A stretch of 64,000 nucleotides of DNA, taken from contig CAIIXF020000001.1 in the NCBI GenBank assembly GCA_903813345.2, positions 48,422,001 through 48,486,000 of the forward strand, given 5' to 3'. A program made the position numbers and the translations under genes. Source of the stretch: Owenia fusiformis (taxonomy: Eukaryota). The notes under the pieces are model-generated. The model did not search any database. It was not told where the DNA came from and worked only from the letters and a program-made list of their open reading frames with translations. Of the stretch, positions 23,901-35,900 are shown piece after piece. Every line of letters begins with the position of its first letter. The stretch's first letter is position 1.

Positions 23901-26900
23901 GAAAGTTAAATTAACATATGAAATGCAACCAAATATAAACACACATGAGAAATGAGAAAACTGCATAATAAAATGGACGAAATACATGATTTCAAGCATT
24001 TTTGAAAAATAAGTTAGTGTCAGAATAAAAATCAGCGCATATTATCTTGAATGTTTCTTTTGTTAGAATGTTTCTCAGACATAAGTTTTGCTATGGTAGG
24101 AGTGCCAGTGTTTAAAGGCAATGGGAGATTGTGTGGTGAAACACTGCTGTCCCATCCCTAGTCTACAAAAGCAATGGCCACATAGAATATCAAAAACTGA
24201 AAAATAAAACCAATTGGCAAATCCCTTTGTCAAGTTAACTACATATTTTGGGTAAGAATTGTTTTATATGGTCCCTTATTCACAAGCCATTGGTTCACCA
24301 AATAGATCATTAGCCTTTAATTTAAGCTTAGAGTTAGTGAGTAACATACCACCATTTCTCTGGAAGTCTTGAAGTCTCTCATATATGTGTCCATAGCCAC
24401 TGTCTGTAGAACTGGAAACCTGGGAATTGGGTTCAGTTTTATATGCTGCAACATCATCATATCTGTGCATCTGCGGGTTATGCAGTGGAGGGACTGTATC
24501 AAATGGATGATTGGCACTACCCTGAGATTGTGTCTCATAGGATTTATCCCCCGTTTCATACCCCCTTGATTGATCACTCATTGAATCTGTGTTGCTATGT
24601 AATGGCCCTCTTGTTGTCAGATTCAGAGGCTCTGTTGCTGGGGGATCAATTCTGAGATCGTAGGTGCGGGATTGTGACGAAGCTTGAGATGTATGTGATG
24701 TGGGAGATTCGGAGGTATGTGAAGGTGGTTGCTGATGTGTGTTAACATTCCCAGGGGCTGTAAGGTTCATATAACCTGCTAGCTCCTGATCAGGGGTCTG
24801 GAATGTCTTTGTGGGGGTCTGGAATGATTTACTGGCATTCTGGTATTTATTAGGAGTCTGGAATGATGGTTTCGAAGGTGACTGATACCCAGGACCAGTG
24901 GCTGGTGTGTTCTGGGGCTTTGTTGGTGTTTGTGGGTATGCTTGAGGTTCAGGGGGTTGAGAGTTGACCCGGGTCCGAGGTGGAGAGTAGGCTGGGGCAG
25001 ATTTATAGGGTGGCAGGGGAGAGAAGACTTCCTCATCATCTCCTGCTGTATCATGTGCCAAGTTGCCCATACTCTTACTGGTCTGGAAAACAACATAACA
25101 ATTTGCATTACAAGAAAGTTATATCTTAGATTTTTAGACAAAAAGACATACATGTATATAGCATATCTCTTCCTTTAGTATAATTTACCAAAGTAAATGT
25201 TACATCAATCAACATGAATTTTTGAGTCATTCTTATATACCATTCAATGCATTCATCAAAAGAATGACTTGAATACATTTAAACTACAAGTGCTACAAGA
25301 TAAATAGAACTACATGAACTTATGGGCATAACTGGACAAGGATTTAAAAGAAAATAAAGAGTTTTGTGTGAACTAATATAAAGACACAAAAAGACACAAT
25401 GAACACATATCCAAAAATTAAAAACTAATCATAACTGAAAAAAATAAAATAAAACTATTCTAGTTTTAGAATAATTATACTAAAAATGTATAAGGTTGTT
25501 TTGATCAATACAACACCACCAAGTTTTTTGAACTTTAAATTGTGCACATTCAACTAAAATGACATGGTGCAACTACAGTCTTAATAAAAATATGTTAAAA
25601 AATATACTAAAATAATTCAAACTACTAATGTTGGATTTTAAACTGTAGAAAACCAGCACAAGTATTATCATCATACACAGATGCAAGAAGTTGAATTAAT
25701 TCTCAATTCATTCATATGGGACTGACATAATTTCTTGTGTCTGTGCATCATACTGTTAACGAATCCATCAACATTGTCCATCTTGACAATCACATTCAGT
25801 ATGTTCAGTGTTGGCATTTTATGTGTTAAGAAATTAATGCAAGCTGTACTGCGTTTCATACCGTAGAGTAGTTTTGCGTTTGTGGCATGACTCTCAACAA
25901 GTGTGACCACAATAGATCACGCTGAACCTTCCAAAACATATATAAATCATTGTTAATTAGAATACTGAACAATGACTCGGTCTTAATATACACACATTCT
26001 ATTAAAGGTACGATTCCCATCAAAGGTACATATTCATTTTTCAATTAAACAATGATCCATAGTACATTAAACATTCAAGTTTCTGAGTACTTTTGGTGTA
26101 AATTCCTAAATTATAGAAAAGAGCTGATAGTATGTATACAATCACTGGATTAAACTGATATACTGGCTTCTTTCCTGAAAATTTGAACATAATTGGATTA
26201 GTATTTTCCAAGATATAGCGATTTCTTTAGGTTGTTTTTTTTTAACACCCTGTACTTACATTTTGAAGAGGGGTTCTCTGCATACTCTCCAGTGCAGTGT
26301 ATAGCTCCTTCTTCCAATGTGGTCGATTTGGTGTCATTGTGATTGGTTCATTTGGGTCTACCAACTGACTCCTGGTTGGTTCACCAATATGTTGCTCACT
26401 ACGGGATCGATTCAAATTATTGCTTTCTCCGAATAAATTCCTTGAGGGTGTTTTACGTTCAACCTCCTCAGGGATTACCGCAGGCATGAATTGATAAGCC
26501 TGAAGGTTCTCCATCGATCGTTTATGGTTTGGAGTATATGTGTCTGCTTTCAATGGGGAATTCTGATGGTTCATATTGCTATCTACAACATTAGGTTTGT
26601 ATCTATAAGCAAATCTGTCTGATTTGGGGGAGGGAGGGTTTCGTTCTGCTGCACTTTGATTCCAATGGTTGGTTTGTATGGGGTATCTATCAGATTTAGG
26701 AGAAGGCGGGTTACGTTTTGATTCATATCCGTATCCTGATGAGTTTCTATTTGTAGGGTATCTATCAGATTTTGGCGAGGATGGAGTATGGTTGGGTATA
26801 GGTTGCACTGTGGATGGGTTTACTGTACGAGTATTTGGATCATACTTTTCATCGTTTCTTATTGTAGTCCGTGTATTTGTATTATATGAGTTATTGCCAT

Positions 26901-29900
26901 AGTTTGGTGTATTATGTGGGGCATGATGGCCCTGAAGTGTTGGGGTATATCCATTATGTGAATGTGTTTGTTGATGAGGCTGCCCCCTTGGTTGGTGTGT
27001 TGGAGGTGGTCTATACATATTGTACCTCCTAGGGTTATAGCCATCTAGGTCACTAGTGTACCCATCCCTGTGTCCCCCTGGCCCCCTCTTAATGTCAACA
27101 TCACTGGAGTAACCAGATCCATGGGGAGGACGTACAGGGGCGTAGGAACTAACAGCACTCCGTGTGCCTTCCCAATCGCTCCCATAACCATCCCTGCCAG
27201 ATACAGGCCTGTGTTGGTACCCTGTATCTGAGCTATATCCACTTGTCCTTTGTGCTTTGTTATATCTCCTGTGACCCATACTCTGCATGTTGTTAAACGC
27301 AGGGTTGGGAAAGTGTGCCATATTGGCGGAACGCCTCTCTGGGTATTTACCACTGGGGGTTAAGTGATCCGTTTGAGGAGTACGAGATGCAGATATCTCA
27401 TTATAGCTTCTAGATTGTGGCAGTGGAGCTCTATGAGTGGATGCAGGGCTCGTACCACGAACCTTTGTATTTGACAAGAACCCTCCATCATCATCATCTC
27501 GAATAGGGGTACGTCCCCTTGAGGTTGAGGCTCCAGATGATGTCACACCAGTGCTTGATGTGACAGGTTTTGTTACCACAGGTCTTGTGACAGGCTTCTG
27601 TGGCGTAGGTTCTGGGATAGAATCTTTAATAACTGGAAGCACAAAAGTGCAAATATAGATCACACAACATGGGTTAGTCTTGTTTTCTCAAATATTTTCA
27701 AAAGGACAAACATTAGAAAGGACACATAAATTACCTTATAATATGCGTACAATATTGAAGGGACACAATCTCTATTATAAGACCATTATGTGATCAAAAA
27801 TTCTTAAAAAATCAAGGATGAGTATAATTGATTTCATTGATGAAACAATAATGACATGAAGACTCCTATTCTTCATAAAATATTAACAGTTGATTCCTAC
27901 TGTTTTTCAAGTTACACTAATTCTATTACCTCTCTTCAAAGACCCAGTTCCTTCTCCAGAGTGCCTCCTGCCTGGAACCCCATCCATCTTGTCTAGTTTC
28001 TGAACTGGGGACTGTTGACGGCGTATCTGCTTCTCTTTATTCTGAGTAGACCTTTCATCCTGAAATAAGAATATGTGTAAGGTAACCACTCCTCAGTTGC
28101 CAAAGAAACAACCTTTAAAAAAACAGGTTGGTCATTCAATATCTTTTAAATAGTTTTGCCAAGTTTTACAACATGTGAATGATGACTGTGATATGTGAAT
28201 AATTTAAACTACATTTCTACAATGTGAGATTCATAACTACGGTTCAAACTTATTTGGAAAAGCTGAACAATAAACTTGGTATAAACATAATCCCCATGAA
28301 ATAACAGTACCAAACATTGTGAAATATGTGCTGACACACAGAGGACTGACATAAGATACACTCATTGTGTACATGTAGCAGTAATAATACAAATGTGTTG
28401 GGATATCACTGAAACACAATTGTGCACATGTACATCACCATGGAAACAGGACATAAAACACACTCATTGTGTACATGTAGCAGTAATAATACAAGGTGTA
28501 TTATGTGTTGGGATATCACTGAAACACAATTGTGCACATGTACATCACCATGGAAACAGGACATAAAACACACTCATTGTGTACATGTAGCAGTAATAAT
28601 ACAAGGTGTATTATGTGTTGGGATATCACTGAAACACAATTGTGCACATGTAAATCACCATGGAAACAGGACATGAAACACTAATATGCATATTAGTACA
28701 AACAAACTTCTTCTTATGAACAAGTACAAGTCTTGAAAAAAATGATATACACCGCAAAGTAGCTCCACATGTAGGACTACCAATACAGTAAGGCTTTGAT
28801 TAATCTGGTGTAGGATCCTCAGGTTGATCACACACAGGTGACAAAACAGAACAAGTTATTATGAACATGTAAGATATTATTTTGCAAAGTGCAGTTGTGT
28901 AACATGGTGTGTGCTTTGTACCTCCTGGCCACAAACATCTTCATAGAGAATATCTGAAATTCTATGTCTACTACGTGGTGTTGATATACTCGTCTTCATG
29001 GGAGAATTCATAGCAACTGCTGATGAGTGCATATAGTCACCATAGCAACTGGCATAATCAGCATAGTCACTATAGCTAGCCATATAGTTGCCATAATTAT
29101 TAGAATAATCACTTTGTGCATAGTCACCACAATCACTATAGCTTCTACCATGGTTGCGATAGTTTCGTTTATGGTTGCTATACGTATGGCCAGGGTTGCC
29201 ATAGAAATGCTTATGGTTGCTATATTTATGGACATTGCCATCATTAATTTGACCTTGTATTCTTAAACTATGAACAATGTCGCCATAGTTTCTATTGCTT
29301 TGGGCAAAATTTTCATTAGTATATCCATGGTTAATATAGCTTTGGCTGCTATGGTAGTGGTCATGGTGACCAAGCTCTGGAAATGGTTTAATAGGTTTGA
29401 GACTGCAATTTATTTCTGGATAAACCTAGGATGAAAAAGCATGGTCAGTATATTTTGCCTGCCAATAAAAGAGAAGATTATTTAATGCTGAAAGACCATT
29501 CATTATTTAAATTAGTATATACATATTATGAAATGGAGTCCATATTCTTAAGAATTGGTAAAATTTCACTGTGAAAATATATATTATACATTTTAATTTC
29601 GAATATGTTGTACAAAGTAAATAAATATTTTGTTTCTCAAAATCAATAAGTAAAATATCCTAAATTGTTTTGTGAAATTACTTTACCTCTTTTGGCTTAT
29701 TAGTTCTCTCTGGGGAGGGTGTGGCTCCTGGTTGAGACTGCCTGATGGCAAGATTCTGCAGGTGGCGCTGTATTTGCTTCATCTCTTTGGGGTAAGGGGT
29801 TGCTTTTCTCTCCAGCTTACCCTTGAGGAACATATAGCACTATGATTATTGGATTCATTCTCATGGTTTTGTCAGTGATAAACTGATAATAGTTTCAGAG

Positions 29901-32900
29901 TTCATGTTTCATTTTAATTCAGATTTTCACCCCAAAATAATATTTTCATATTAAAAATTCAATGTAAATGTTTCCAATTGACAGTTCCAAAATACAATTT
30001 TTTTTAATTCTGTTATATTGTTAGTATACCTCAACATCACTCATATCTCCAAAGTCAAAGTGTATCTGTTGCTTAGCAGCTCTCTCTTCTTCCCACATTG
30101 ACGGATGGAAACTGTCCGCATCTCCGTCACTGTATATCTCTGCAAGTTAGCATCAGAAAGAAAATTCATATATTTAGCTATTCATTAGAAATCTTTTTTA
30201 TTACAACCTATAAAATGTAATCAAGATATGTAATAAGATTAATAGATGTTTTAGTCAATTTAGCTCAATATTTTCTTGAGGTAAATTTTAAACTGGCATT
30301 GCCTTTATCAGACATATCTCGTCTACATGACAAGATTTACTGCATACTTTTGAACTCAGGGATAGCCTAGCCAATATTCATCATTGTGTAAATGGAAGTA
30401 TACATAAGATAAGAGCAAATGTCATTAAAAATAAGGCAAACAAATGTTATTGCAAGGGTACTAAAAATATGGCTAAATGTGTAAAAAATCTACACCCTAA
30501 TATAAAGCTACATCTACATTAATATTACTTAGTGTTCACTCTTCCTCAGCTAGATGCTGGTGATGCTAACTGCAGTTAGCGTAATCACAATGGCCAGTAT
30601 AAAAATTCAATAATAAACAAGTATGTCTGACAGATATCAAAATTGAGGGGGAAATGGCAACGCAAGTACCAGTCACCACCTCCCCCTTTAACATAACTGG
30701 TGGGTATATGAGTATGATTAACAGTATTTGGCATCAGTATCAACATATTTTAGCTGTTGTTGAATGTTTTGAAATATTGAAATAATTTTTATCTGCCATT
30801 ATAATTACCCTAACAGCGGGTAGTGTCATCCAACAGGATGGAACAGTTGTGTTCCAATTTTCACAGAATTCAAATAAAGTCCTGTTTAGATAATATAAAA
30901 ACTGTGTGAAAGTGCAGTGTCAAATGCACATCGATGCATGTTTTCAAATGCTGCTCACATCATGAGTCGAGGTGTAATGCTACAACTACATACTACTTCT
31001 ACCTATCTCAATCAGTTAATATCCTATTGATACATTCACTAACAAAAAGTTTTTGACATTAGTTTTTTTACATTATCTGTCAGTTTGTTTATGACACTTA
31101 AAAAGTACATATTTTCGGTCTAAAAATTTTCATCATCATTCATAATTCCAGGGGACCATTTCTGATAATGATTTAATCATAAGCCATGAGTTATGATCAT
31201 TCTAGAAATGGACCCCCGAGTGTATACAATTTCTACTGGTAAAAAAGAAAAAAAGAGGAGAAAATGTTGATAGAGTTTGGCAAAGTATGAGTACAACAGA
31301 ACATGCAGTGTTTTTGTTTACCTCTGGCAGCTGAAGTAAATAATAAAGAAATAAGAACAAATTAATATTGTACATACTATAAAGTATTAGAAAGAAACAT
31401 CTCTCTGCTGATAGCACACAGAATACATTTATCTCTTAGCATTCATGTTTGCATCTTAATTCACAACTTAATTTTGTAACCCATTACTCTTGTGAAAACA
31501 AGATGCTGCTAGAAAAGGAATGCAGTTACAAAGAGCATATTTCACAAATTAGTAATGTTTGTTTTTATTATAAGATAAACACAAAGCAAATCTTGGAAAT
31601 ACTCTGGTAATAAAAAAAGTGCAAAAGGTTACTTCTTATCAATCAGAATGAAAGAACTGTTAATTTATTTAATAAATATTCAAATATTGTAAAATATGTA
31701 CCTTCAGTTTCTTGAGATGGTTGCTGTGGTAACAGATAACATGTAAGTTTCCTCTGTCCAGTCTCAGAGTTCAACTCAGTCTGAAGTCTAATAAGTGGCT
31801 TCGACTGGAACAAAATAATTTAATTACTTTATTCATTTTATTTATTAACTATGGTGTATCAACCAAAACAGGTAGATGGATATATATGTTGCACCCAGAT
31901 TTTTGTTTAAGTTACATTTCTTTCCAAAAATCCTGTACCTGATTTTCTGCCAGCCACAATGCTTGCAAATACTTGAGCTTGGTCAGGCTGAATGGTAAAT
32001 ACTGTATGGCATTGTCACTTAAGTTGAGCACTCGGAGTTTAGGAATGTGTCCTATCTCATCAGGGATGAACGTAAGTTTATTGCTCCGTACTGACAGAAT
32101 AGTCAGGCCTTTACAGCTACCCAACTGAAATGAATGAAAAAGTATGCATACAAAACAGCAAATGATATTTAAAGTTTAAACTATAGGATCTGTATGTATA
32201 ATCTGAACAGTGAATGCATAATTCAGTTTAATAAAAACAGATCATACAGATGTTCACTAAAATCACAATTTTGTCTGAGAGTGGATACTTTGCTAAAATG
32301 AAGTTTACCCGTGATCGGCTGATGATCTCATTCATCTTAAACACATATTAAAAAGTCATGCAATAAAATATACCTCTGGTGGAATGTCTACAAGGAAATT
32401 TTCATCGGCATAGAGAGTCCGTAAATGTTGTATAAGGCCTATGCTCGGAGGGAATTCTTCAATATCATTGCAGCTTACATTCAATTCTGATAGTGACTGT
32501 AACCTGTAAAAACATTTAACATGCAATGAACAAAAATTCTCACTTTATTATTGCTTTCCAAGGGGTAGTACTACCTTTATTATATTTCCAAAGAAAATAT
32601 AAATACCATTTAAACTATAAATTCCACTTACCCTCCTATTGAGAATGGCAGGGATGTGAGTTGATTGTCATCTACCTTCAATGTAGTCAGACTATCCAAA
32701 CGACCTGCAATATAATACACATTCCACATACACATTCCAATTTTCTGTATGAAAAGTCAATGTTCTGCAATTTTTGCAAGTATTACAAGTGTACAGTACA
32801 AGTATTTTGTGATTCATAGCTTTATGACATGTGCATGAATTCTACAATTTACTGATAGGAGGAAAGTTCTGATAAATCAATAGAAAATATAAATTTTGCA

Positions 32901-35900
32901 AAAATGATGTGTGCTCCTACCTATGGACTCTGGTAACTCAGTGATAAGGTTAAGTGAGAGATGAAGATCTGAGAGAGATTCACAACCCTCTATCTCTGAA
33001 GGTAACTTCTCAATACGATTCTTCATGGCATCAAAGAACATCAACTGTTTTAATTTTCCAATCTCCTGTAAGTGAAGGAATATAACTACTCAATCGCGAA
33101 TGATCACACCATGGACTATATCTAATACTCTAAAAGTTCAAAAATACAGTTCAAATGGTCTGATTTTTTAGCTATAGTTTTGATTCACTTGATTTTTAAT
33201 TTTACAACTAAAAATTGGTTGATAAACCCTCATCTACACAACAATCAATCGTGGCATGCATTACATTCCTTTTAACAGTTGTAGCCATTTTCAATTCAGA
33301 ATCCCACAATCACAAAAAATGTATCAAATAATTTGACCAGATGCACCTTTCACAATCTTACCTTTGGTAATTTGGTGATCTGGTTAGAGTCGCACCACAG
33401 TTCCAGTAAGGAAGAAAGATGGCCGACAACTTCCGGCAGTTCAGTGAATTCATTGTTCCCAATGTCCAGCCTCTCCAGCTCTGTTAGTCTTGATAAACTG
33501 TTGGGCAGTGTTTTTAAATGGTTCTCTCTCAGCTCTAGAATCTTCAGTTTTGATAGCCTATAAATATGAACATAGCATGTACATGTAGTTGCATACAACT
33601 TATTGTGGGATTTGATCCCTGACTATTACAACTGCTTTTCCAGATTTGATACTGAGAAGATATAAATCTCAAATAGTTTTCATAGCCTTATATGGAAGTC
33701 TGAATGAGAATTGATGATTGCTACATGAAGGCAAAAAATTCAGATTTTTATGAATACAAATTCTTGTATCATGCCTACATATGTGTGAATTATTGATTTC
33801 GTTCCAGGTAGCCTTCAGAAATTGATACTTATTTGGTAAATGAGCTGAATAAACTTTCAAATGAAATATAATTTTGGCCAGTGATGGTCCAGATGGGCCA
33901 GTTATTCATTCTCCTGCCAAATAAATATATTTTTGGATCAGAGACAAGAAAAACATTTGATCTTGAATAGTATTGAATAGTTTGTAATATAATACCCTGA
34001 TGTTATTGGGAAAATCTCATTCATAGGACAAGTAATGTTGGCAAACTGCATACTCTCAACAGATGACTTTAGAGAAGATACAATTTAACGCCATTCAACA
34101 TTACTTCAGAGGTTAAACATATTAAACTTTGAATGGCCAAACTATAGTACAATGTACTATTTTCTGATTACGACAAACACGGGGATATTTTCATAATGAA
34201 GTATACCATTGGAAAAATCTAAATTCACTTTTTTTCCTTTTACCCAGAACATCCTATGACTAGATGCACAACCTTAGAACATAACAGAGGATTCAATAGT
34301 TTTGATGCTGATAATAATACTTTGATGATCTTTACTGCAGGCTCCATGACATTGGGGGTTAGTGTGAAAGAAATGTTAGGGCCTAATTGGTAGATAATGA
34401 AGTGTCATGATTTTCTAAACTTCACATTTGTTGAAAATAGGCTAAATCTAAGAAATATATCTAATTAAATCAGCGGAGACAAAGTTGAGATATTACAAAG
34501 GATAGTTACCTTCCAAAGTTGCCAGGTAAGTAGTCCAAGAAGCAGTCATTCAGGTAGAGATGGGTCATACATAGTAGCTGGGTAAACCCTTCTGGTAGCC
34601 TGCAATCATACCAATATATAAAATATGATCTAAAATGTTAATAGGTGTTAAAAACAAAACAAAATGTTGAGATTTTATTTTGTAAATCTCAACATTTTGT
34701 AAAATATGATGAATATGCAAATATACCAATATGTAAAATACTAAGAATGCTTTCATACAAAGCCTTATATTATTAAAACTTTAAGAACAGGCCTTGTTTA
34801 CAGTACATAGATATTGTATTAACACTGTTAATATACATCACAGTATCTAATTGTAATGCTTATTGTATTAATTGTGCCACTTTGAATAAAAAATATAAAA
34901 TTAATTTTATAGATGTACATGTATTTCCAAAATGTTGACTGCTGATTTTGGATCAGCTTTCATGGTAAACTTTGAGTGACATATCAATGTTGACAGAGAA
35001 AGAAGTTTAATCGTTTGTTCACTTACTTCCCAAGTGGGTTAATATTTGCTTCAACATGGCGTAACAGCTTACATTGTTTGATCTGGTCTGGAAGGTCTAT
35101 GATACCTAGCAATGAAAACACAAATTGATTTTAATATGAAGCGGGAGGAAGGTCTTTGTATTTGATATATAGGAAACATAGAGAAGATTGTCTGTGGAAA
35201 CTGAAATGAAAGCACAAATAAACACAGAATTGAAACACAAATTGGCAATAAACCACATACTGTAAAACCTACTAAGCAGATTTAATGGAACATATTTGGT
35301 ACATCAAAATGGTGTTCCATATAGATCTTGCACCAAAAGAGGTTCATTTCCATTAAATGAATCAGTAATTGGGATTTCAAGGAGAGTCCATATACAGAGG
35401 TGTTCCACTATCAGCTCTTGGTGTTCCACCTTGCAGGATTTAATGACACAAGATCCACTTTTTGGCTATGACTGGTGGTCTTTGAATGTGTATTTATCAT
35501 TCCTTACTACTTACCATTCTTGCTAATGTCCAGATATCTCAAATTGATGAGACTGGCTATGGCAGGAGGGACCACTGTCACCTCATTGTCAGCAACAGTC
35601 AACTTCTGCAGTCCATGGCAGTAAAATAATTCCTGGAAATAAACATGCAAAAATATTAAATATATGTTCAATATTGAATTGTTTATTATATTTTATTGTT
35701 CTTTCTAATTTTAGCCTGAGTGGGTATGTAATTTTCTTTTTTTATGGTTCAGATCAAAATTGTCAGTTTTTCACAATTTCTCTAATTTTTAGATTGGATG
35801 GAATCCTCTTTTGATATCTCAAACTTTTATGTTTAGGAGATCACTGCACATTTTATTAAACTGTGTCATTATTAAGTAATTAGTAAGACCTACAGTTTTA

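Noticed and set aside
28350..28682. CRISPR-like array
   Set aside because: Whole 110-bp units repeat without unique spacers in a eukaryotic intron; it is an ordinary tandem repeat.
29008..29266. Hydrophobic Ile/Ala/Thr/Met-rich ORFs on both strands
   Set aside because: These are alternative frames of the quasi-palindromic repeat exon, not membrane proteins.
30535..30585. Small exon-like segment in a LAP intron (would end VSITSI-stop)
   Set aside because: No polypyrimidine tract, and every tested acceptor gives a stop or frameshift; unsupported without RNA data.
32300..32345. CTGATGA as a hammerhead ribozyme core or snoRNA box C
   Set aside because: No matching stems, GAAA core or box D could be built around it.
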